Assembly (NCBI GenBank): GCA_041163945.1
Contig: JBEAQJ010000021.1
Location: 522-64,521 of the forward strand
Direction: 5' to 3'
Length of the DNA stretch: 64,000 nt
Source of the DNA: Pseudomonadota bacterium
GTDB taxonomy: Bacteria > Pseudomonadota > Alphaproteobacteria > Rhodobacterales > Rhodobacteraceae
Shown here: positions 57,531 to 64,000 of the stretch, piece by piece
Layout: the number at the start of each line of letters is the position of its first letter
Position numbering within the stretch: the first letter of the stretch is position 1
Made by a program: the position numbers and the translations under genes
Notes under the pieces: model-generated
What the model was told of the DNA's origin: nothing
Database searches by the model: none
Seen by the model: the letters and a program-made list of their open reading frames with translations, nothing else

Positions 57531-58934
57531 ATGAAAACCTTCGTGGGTCCGCGTTTGCGGCGTTTGCGCATCGAACATGGCCAGACCCAGGCACAGATGG
57601 CCAAGGCGCTTGGCATTTCGACGTCATACGTCAACCTGTTGGAAAAGAACGAACGCTCCATTTCCGTTCCGGTGATGCTGAAGCTGTTCGAGCTTTATGG
57701 CGTGGAATGGCGCGACATCGTCGAAGATGATGAAACAGCGCATCTGGCCGATCTGCGTGCGGCCTTGGCCGATCCGATTTTCGAGGGCGACCGCCCCGAT
57801 CTGACGCAGATGCGCGCGGCGCTGACCCATGCCCCGGATCTTGCGGCCTGTTTCTTGCGGTTGCATCGGTCCTATCTCGCGGCCAGCGATCAGCTGCTCA
57901 GCATGGCCGAGGCGGGCGAAGGGGCGGGCGCCTTGCTGCACAGCGCCCCCGAGGCCACGGTGCACAATTTCTTTCGCAAGAACCGCAACCATTTCGCCGC
58001 GCTGGAAGAGGCGGCCGAAGCGTTCTGGGCCGCGCCGCCGCCGCCCAGCGATGATATTTACGCCGCCCTCAAGCAGCGCCTGCTGGATCGGCTGGGCGTG
58101 CGGGTGCAGCTGATGACGGTGGCCGAAATGCCCGGCACCTTGCGCGAATACGACGAACGCCGCCGCCTGATCTTGCTGTCCGAGGCGCTTGATCATCCCA
58201 ACCGGGTGTTTCAGCTGGTGCATGTGGCGGGCCTTATCGAACAAAGCCGGGTGATCGATGGGCTGTTGTCGGAATCGGGTCTGTCAGACCCGCACGGGCG
58301 CGCGCGCTGCCGGGTGGAGCTGGCCAATTATTTCGCCGCCGCGGTGTTGATGCCCTATGGCCCCTTCCTGTCCGAGGCCTTGGCCAGCCGCTATGATTTC
58401 GACCATCTGGCGACCCGGTTCGGCGTCAGCTTCGAACAGGCCTGTCACCGCGCCACGACCTTGCAGCGGCGCGGCGCCCTGGGCGTGCCGTTCTTTTTCC
58501 TGCGCATCGACAAGGCGGGCAATGTCACCAAGCGGTTCAACGCCACCGATTTCCACTTGGCCGAACATGGTGGCGCCTGTCCGCGCCTTGAGGTGCACAC
58601 CTGTTTCCGCATGCCCGGACGGATCGTGCCGCAGGTGGTGGAAATGCCCGACCAAAGCCGGTTTTTCGTCTTTTCGCGCACCGTCGACCGCCCCAGCTTT
58701 GCCCGCCACACCCAAGATGTGCGGCTGGCCGTCGCCATGGGCTGTGCCGTCGAACATATCGGCGCGGTGGGGTATGGCGAAACATTGGCCTTGGGGCAGG
58801 CGCCCGTGACCGAGATCGGCATCAACTGCCGCATCTGCCCGCGGGCCAATTGCGACCAGCGCGCCCATCACGCGATCGTCATGGGCGAACCGGTGGACGA
58901 ACGCCGCCGGGGCGCCACGCGCTATTCCGCGTGA
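57531..58934 (+). CDS. ScfR (RamB/PrpR/CcrR/PccR)-family XRE regulator
   Basis: XRE HTH (TQAQMAKALGISTSYVNLLEKNER), ANYFAAAVLMPY, RIDKAGNVTKR, GGACP and C-terminal CRICPRANCDQRA. Confidence 0.92.
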   Translation: MKTFVGPRLRRLRIEHGQTQAQMAKALGISTSYVNLLEKNERSISVPVMLKLFELYGVEWRDIVEDDETAHLADLRAALADPIFEGDRPDLTQMRAALTHAPDLAACFLRLHRSYLAASDQLLSMAEAGEGAGALLHSAPEATVHNFFRKNRNHFAALEEAAEAFWAAPPPPSDDIYAALKQRLLDRLGVRVQLMTVAEMPGTLREYDERRRLILLSEALDHPNRVFQLVHVAGLIEQSRVIDGLLSESGLSDPHGRARCRVELANYFAAAVLMPYGPFLSEALASRYDFDHLATRFGVSFEQACHRATTLQRRGALGVPFFFLRIDKAGNVTKRFNATDFHLAEHGGACPRLEVHTCFRMPGRIVPQVVEMPDQSRFFVFSRTVDRPSFARHTQDVRLAVAMGCAVEHIGAVGYGETLALGQAPVTEIGINCRICPRANCDQRAHHAIVMGEPVDERRRGATRYSA

Positions 58935-58943
58935 CCGGGCCGC

Positions 58944-60437
58944 CTAGCGCAGCAAGAACAGCGTGATGCCGGGACAGGCCACCAATAGCGCCACGCGGAT
59001 GATGTCGGATGTCACGAACCACAGAACGGCGCGATAGGTCGCGGTGATCGGCGTGGTCTTGTCGAGCGCGTTGATGATGAACAGGTTCATGCCCACCGGC
59101 GGCGTGATCAGGCCCACCTCGACCACGATCAGCACCAAGATCCCGAACCAGATCGCGGTCAGCGTGGTGTTGGCATCAGCCTGCATCGCCTCGGTCACCG
59201 GCCGCAGGCCGAGCGCGCGGAATTCGTCGCGCCCCAGTGCGATCCCGTCGGCCAGCTTGGCCTGGGCGGCCGCCAGCAGGTCGGGGGCCATCGCCACCCC
59301 GTCGGCAATGCCTTGGGCCAGGCGCGCGGTCTGCATGTCGATCAGGTTGATCAACCCGAAATCCAGCCCCGCCATCACCGGCCAAAAGATCGGAATGGTC
59401 AACAAGATCATCGACAGGCTGTCCATCACGCAGCCCATGATCAGATAGATCAGCAAGATCACGACCAGCACCGTCAAGGGCGCAAAGCCCTGGCTGGCCA
59501 CCCACAGCGACACGTCTTGCGGCAACTGGGTCAGCGCCAGGAAGGAATTGTAAAGCTTGGCGCCCAGGATGATGAAAAAGATCATCGCGCTGGACACCGC
59601 CGTGCTCAACACCGCTTCGCGAAACAGTGCCCAGCTCATCCGGCCGCGCAGGCAGGCCAACAGCCCCATGCCCGCCACCCCCACGGCCGCCCCTTCGGTG
59701 GGGGTGAACCAGCCGGCATAGATGCCACCGACCACCAGCCCGAAGACCGCGATCACGGGCCAGATCTGGACCAGCGCGCGCAGCCGGTCGGGGTAGGGCA
59801 CGCGGTGCTTGATGCCGGCGCTGTCGGGGTGGACGCGAACATAGATCGCGATGGTGATCATGTAGCCGATGGCGGCCAGAAGCCCCGGCACAAAGGCCGC
59901 CAAAAACAGCGCGGCGATGTTTTGTTCGGTCAAGATCGCATAGATCACCAAGATCACCGACGGCGGGATCAAGATCCCCAGCGTGCCGCCGGCCGCCAGC
60001 GTGGCGCTGGCAAACCCGCCTGAATAGCCATGACGCCGCAATTCGGGCAGGGCCACGCGCCCCATGGTGGCGGCGGTGGCCAAGGATGATCCGCAGATCG
60101 CCCCAAAGCCCGCGCAGGCCCCCACCGATGCCATGGCCAGCCCGCCCCGCCGATGACCCAACCAGGCTTCGGCCGCACGAAACAGCGCCCCCGACATCCC
60201 CGACAGGGTCGCGAACTGCCCCATCAGCAAGAACATCGGGATGATCGACAGCGAATAGCTGGAAAAGGTGGCGTAGCTTTCGCCTTTCAGCAGGTTCAGC
60301 GCCATGCCGGGGCTGTCGGTGGCCAGCCACAACCCGACAAACCCCACGCCAAACATCGCCGCCCCAATCGGCGCGCGCAGAAAGATCAGCGCCAAAAGCA
60401 CCGGAAACGACCAAAGCCCCAGCGCCGTCAGGCTCAT
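58944..60437 (-). CDS. dctM: TRAP transporter large permease with an internal insertion
   Basis: IPMFLLMG, GSSLATAATM, GGTLGILIPPS, FTPTEGA and ITPPVGMN. Start at MSLTAL. Confidence 0.92.
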   Translation of the reverse strand: MSLTALGLWSFPVLLALIFLRAPIGAAMFGVGFVGLWLATDSPGMALNLLKGESYATFSSYSLSIIPMFLLMGQFATLSGMSGALFRAAEAWLGHRRGGLAMASVGACAGFGAICGSSLATAATMGRVALPELRRHGYSGGFASATLAAGGTLGILIPPSVILVIYAILTEQNIAALFLAAFVPGLLAAIGYMITIAIYVRVHPDSAGIKHRVPYPDRLRALVQIWPVIAVFGLVVGGIYAGWFTPTEGAAVGVAGMGLLACLRGRMSWALFREAVLSTAVSSAMIFFIILGAKLYNSFLALTQLPQDVSLWVASQGFAPLTVLVVILLIYLIMGCVMDSLSMILLTIPIFWPVMAGLDFGLINLIDMQTARLAQGIADGVAMAPDLLAAAQAKLADGIALGRDEFRALGLRPVTEAMQADANTTLTAIWFGILVLIVVEVGLITPPVGMNLFIINALDKTTPITATYRAVLWFVTSDIIRVALLVACPGITLFLLR

Positions 60438-61015
60438 GGTTCGGCCCCATCGTGGGCGTTGACGCGATCCCGGCCATCGATCAGCGACAGCACACGGGCG
60501 GCGCTGACCCAAAGCCCCACCAGCCCCGCAACCACCGCCGCCGCAAAACTTGCCCCGTAGGCCCACCAGACCGGCATCTGCAACAAAAAGGTGGTTTGTC
60601 CATTGTCGAGCTTTTCGGCAAAGCCCAGAAACAGCCGCCACGCGATCACCCCGAGGATCAGCGCCACAACCCCATCCCACAGCGCCATCAGCGCGTCGTT
60701 GGCCCGACGCGGCAGGTTGCGGGTCACCAGATCGACCGTCGCGTGCCCGGCGCGCAGCTGGCAGATGGGCAAAAACGCAAAGACCGCGAACGCCATGCCG
60801 GCCTCGATCAGCTCGTAATCGCCGGTCACCGGGCCGGTGTGGGCGGTCAGCCAGGCGGCAAGGCCGGGGGCCAGCCCCGCCAGGCCATCGCTGTGGCCCA
60901 GGCTGTTCAGCCCGCGGCCCAGCACGCTGAGACAGGTCAGCGCCACCAGGGCGCACAGCACCAGCCCACCCAAAAGCGCCATCATCTGCGCGGCGCGGGT
61001 CACAAGGGTTTGCAT
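60434..61015 (-). CDS. dctQ: TRAP transporter small permease
   Basis: Four TM segments, GDYELIE and GHATVD. Confidence 0.88.
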   Translation of the reverse strand: MQTLVTRAAQMMALLGGLVLCALVALTCLSVLGRGLNSLGHSDGLAGLAPGLAAWLTAHTGPVTGDYELIEAGMAFAVFAFLPICQLRAGHATVDLVTRNLPRRANDALMALWDGVVALILGVIAWRLFLGFAEKLDNGQTTFLLQMPVWWAYGASFAAAVVAGLVGLWVSAARVLSLIDGRDRVNAHDGAEP

Positions 61016-61103
61016 GCCACGCGGACCTTCCGTTCGGGGTTGGGTGCGATCTGTGGCGCGATATAGCGGGCCATGGCGGGCATGGCCATCGCCCGATGTC
61101 GGG

Positions 61104-62147
61104 TCAGTTCGCAGGCATGTTTTCCGCAATCAGCGCGCGCGCCCGATCGACCAGCGCCGCCCCGTCGATGCCAGATGCGGTCAGATCGGCGATCCAGGTC
61201 TGGATCGTGGGCGCGGCGGCGGCGCGCCAAAGATCCACCTGGTCCGGCGCAAGGGTGATGATGGTGTTGCCCCGATCCTCGGCCATGGCCCGGCCGGGTG
61301 CGTCGTAGTCTTGCTGCACGCGGCCGGCATTGGCCGAAAATTCCAGCCCTGAATGGGCATCGATGATCGCGCGCAGATCGGCGGGCAGGGCGGCATAGCT
61401 GTCGGGATTCATCGCCAGGATAAAGGTGGCGGCATACAGCGCCTCGCCGCCGAATTCGGTATGATGATCGACCAGCTCGGCCACGCGCAGCGATGTCGTC
61501 ACCTCCCACGGGATGACGGTGGCATCGATCACCCCTTGGCTCAAGGCTTCGGGCACTGCGGGCACCGGCATGCCGATGGCGGTGGCGCCCAGCGCCGACA
61601 GCATCATGTTGGTGGTGCGGGTGGGGGCGCGCAGCTTCACGCCGGCCAGATCGGCCACATCCGTGATCGGGGTCTTGGAATGGATCACCCCCGGCCCATG
61701 CACCCACAGCCCCAGCACATGCAGATCGGCGAAATCGGTTTGCATCATGGTTTCTTCGGCCAGCTGCCAAAAGGCGCGGCTTGCGGCCTCGGCGTTGCCG
61801 CCGGTGATGATGAAGGGCAGTTCGAACACCTCGGTTCGGGGAAAGCGGCCCGGCGTGTAGCCCGGCAGGGTCCAGACGATGTCGACCGTGCCGTCGATCA
61901 CCTGATCGATCAGCTGCGGCGGGCTGCCGCCCAGCTGCATCGAGGGAAACCGCTGGATTTCGATCCGCCCGTCCGAAGCGGCCTCGATCGCATCGGCCCA
62001 AGGATCGAGGATATGGGCCGGAACGGCCGATTGCGGCGGCAGGAACTGGTGCAGGCGCAGCGTCACCTCTTGCGCCGTGGCCCCGCCCGTGCCGATGCCC
62101 AGGGCCAGCGCGGCGGCTGCCAGTGTCGCGGCGATATTCCGTGTCAT
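61104..62147 (-). CDS. dctP: TRAP substrate-binding protein
   Basis: Signal peptide, MQLGG, PGRFP, FELPF, DLAGVKLR (carboxylate-binding Arg) and GVID. Confidence 0.9.
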   Translation of the reverse strand: MTRNIAATLAAAALALGIGTGGATAQEVTLRLHQFLPPQSAVPAHILDPWADAIEAASDGRIEIQRFPSMQLGGSPPQLIDQVIDGTVDIVWTLPGYTPGRFPRTEVFELPFIITGGNAEAASRAFWQLAEETMMQTDFADLHVLGLWVHGPGVIHSKTPITDVADLAGVKLRAPTRTTNMMLSALGATAIGMPVPAVPEALSQGVIDATVIPWEVTTSLRVAELVDHHTEFGGEALYAATFILAMNPDSYAALPADLRAIIDAHSGLEFSANAGRVQQDYDAPGRAMAEDRGNTIITLAPDQVDLWRAAAAPTIQTWIADLTASGIDGAALVDRARALIAENMPAN

Positions 62148-62449
62148 GTCGACGTCTCCGTGGGATGGGCAGACCCCGGGGCGGGTCTGATTCCCGGCGG
62201 ACGCTAGCGCAAGCCTGCCCCCCCTCCAAGGCGGCATAAGGCGGCAAATGGCGGTCGTTGGACGGCTGGCGCCGAGCGCGGCCCCAAAGGGTGCCGCGTG
62301 GCGGTTCGGGAATCGCTTGCCGCCCCCGGGGCGCATGACCAATATCGCGGCGCGATTCGGGTCTGTGCCAATGGGCCCAATGCCATCGATCCGCGCAACC
62401 GCCATGGGCGGCCCCACCCCCGCGGTTTCACAACAGAACGGACCCAGCC

Positions 62450-64000
62450 ATGAGCTTTACCACGCGCCCCGAAATCGCCGGCACCTTCGGCGTCGTGACC
62501 TCGACCCATTGGATCGCCTCGGCCGTGGGGATGAAGATCTTGGAACAGGGCGGCAATGCCTTTGATGCAGCCGCCGCCATGGGGTTTGCGCTTCAGGTGG
62601 TGGAACCGCATCTGAATGGCCCCTTGGGCGACATGCCGTTGATGATCCGCCTGGCGGGGGCCGACGCCCCCGTGGTGATCTGCGGCCAAGGCACGGCGCC
62701 CGCGGGGGCCACCATCGCGCATTACCGGGCCGAGGGGCTGAGCATGGTGCCCGGTTCCGGGCTGTTGGCAACGGTTGTGCCGGGGGCTTTTGGCGCCTGG
62801 ATGCTGATGCTGCGCGATCATGGAACGCTGCCGTTGCGCGATATTCTGGAGCCCGCGATCTTTTACGCCCGGCATGGTCATCCGATGTTGGCGCGCGTGT
62901 CGCACACCATTGCGGGGCTGACCGATTTCTTCCGGCAGGAATGGCCCACCTCGCAGGCCACCTGGATGCCGGGCGACCGCGTGCCCGAACCAGGCAGCCT
63001 GTTTGCCAACCCCGCACTGGCCGACACCTGGGAGCGGCTTCTGGCCGAGGCCGAAACCGCCCCCACGCGCGCCGCCCAGATCGACGCGGCGCAGCGCGCC
63101 TTTTACCAGGGGTTCATCGCCGATGCGATCGATGCCTATCTGGCGGATGCCTGTGTGATGGATGCGGCGGGCGGGCGGCGCAAGGGCGTGCTGACGGGCC
63201 AGGACATGGCCGATTGGACGGCAAAATATGAAGATCCGCTGAGCGTGGATTACCATGGCTGGACCGTCTGGAAACCCGGCGTCTGGACGCAAGGGCCCAC
63301 GCTTTTGCAATCGCTGATGACGTTGTCGGGGATCGACATCGCCGCGATGGATCACCGCGGCGCCGACTTCGTGCACAGCGTGACCGAGGTGTTGAAGCTG
63401 TCGTTCGCCGATCGAGAGGCCTATTACGGCGACCCGCTGTTTACCGATGTGCCGGTCGACACGCTGCTGTCGGCCAAATATGCCGCCACGCGCCGGGCCC
63501 TGATCGGGCCGCAGGCCTCGTATGAACAGCGGCCGGGCCATATCGCGGGTTATGAGCCCCTGGCCCAGGCCGCCGTGGCGCGTGCCGCCCGCGACCTGAC
63601 CGGGGGCCCCGGCATGGGCGGGGGGGAACCCACCATGGCGCATCTGAGCGAGAAGCGCGGCGATACCGTGCATCTGGATGTCATCGATCGCTGGGGCAAC
63701 ATGGTGTCGGCCACGCCTTCGGGGGGGTGGCTGCAATCCTCGCCGGTCATTCCGGGGCTGGGGATGCCGCTCAATTCCCGGGCCCAGATGTTCTGGCTGG
63801 AAGAGGGCTTGGCGACATCGCTGGCACCGGGGCGGCGCCCGCGCACGACGCTGTCGCCGTCGATGGCGCAAACCGATGGGCGCAAGCTTGCCTTTGGCAC
63901 GCCGGGCGGCGATCAGCAGGATCAATGGCAACTGATCTTGTTCCTGCGGTTGGCCCATGCCGGGCTGAACCTGCAAGAAGGGATCGACGCGCCGCTGTTT
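62450..64000 (+). CDS. Gamma-glutamyltransferase (Ntn hydrolase) family protein, partial at the 3' end
   Basis: Not in the ORF track because it has no stop in the window. Manual translation: MSFTTRPEIAGTFGVVTSTHW, GGNAFDAA, VVEPHLNG, FADREAYYGDP, GDTVHLDVIDRWGNMVSATPSGG (nucleophile Thr), RPRTTLSP and FGTPGGDQQ. Confidence 0.9.
   Translation, partial: MSFTTRPEIAGTFGVVTSTHWIASAVGMKILEQGGNAFDAAAAMGFALQVVEPHLNGPLGDMPLMIRLAGADAPVVICGQGTAPAGATIAHYRAEGLSMVPGSGLLATVVPGAFGAWMLMLRDHGTLPLRDILEPAIFYARHGHPMLARVSHTIAGLTDFFRQEWPTSQATWMPGDRVPEPGSLFANPALADTWERLLAEAETAPTRAAQIDAAQRAFYQGFIADAIDAYLADACVMDAAGGRRKGVLTGQDMADWTAKYEDPLSVDYHGWTVWKPGVWTQGPTLLQSLMTLSGIDIAAMDHRGADFVHSVTEVLKLSFADREAYYGDPLFTDVPVDTLLSAKYAATRRALIGPQASYEQRPGHIAGYEPLAQAAVARAARDLTGGPGMGGGEPTMAHLSEKRGDTVHLDVIDRWGNMVSATPSGGWLQSSPVIPGLGMPLNSRAQMFWLEEGLATSLAPGRRPRTTLSPSMAQTDGRKLAFGTPGGDQQDQWQLILFLRLAHAGLNLQEGIDAPLF

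Overview
High-GC alphaproteobacterial DNA; gene content and protein style suggest a Rhodobacteraceae/Roseobacter-like organism (inference). It is almost entirely metabolic genes, and I saw no rRNA, tRNA, CRISPR array, transposase or phage gene. Left to right: (1) 1-11.9 kb, methylated-amine/betaine-type catabolism (aldehyde dehydrogenase, non-pyrrolysine MttB-family methyltransferase, two GcvT-family flavin dehydrogenases, two LysR, GMC oxidoreductase, enolase-superfamily enzyme); (2) 11.9-25.3 kb, a gamma-butyrobetaine/carnitine degradation operon with a GlxA/CdhR-type regulator and a convergent family-5 ABC importer; (3) 25.7-31.1 kb, a GntR-linked module of two FAH-family enzymes around a NitT/TauT ABC importer; (4) 31.2-44.9 kb, a thiosulfate-oxidation cluster soxT-R-S / soxV-W-X-Y-Z-A-B-C-D-E-F plus DUF302 and a second YeeE/YedE gene; (5) 44.9-51 kb, an SDR, a Mn/Fe ABC transporter with Mur/Fur-type boxes, and kynureninase; (6) 51-58.9 kb, the most interesting part: one operon joining serine-cycle-type genes (sgaA, mcl, mtkAB) to the 3-hydroxypropionate bi-cycle enzymes Meh and Mct, divergent from an ScfR/RamB-family regulator; (7) 58.9-64 kb, a TRAP transporter and a partial gamma-glutamyltransferase-family gene. 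Family calls come from motif recognition only; no database searches were run. Several start codons were moved downstream of the ORF-track starts using RBS position and gene overlaps.
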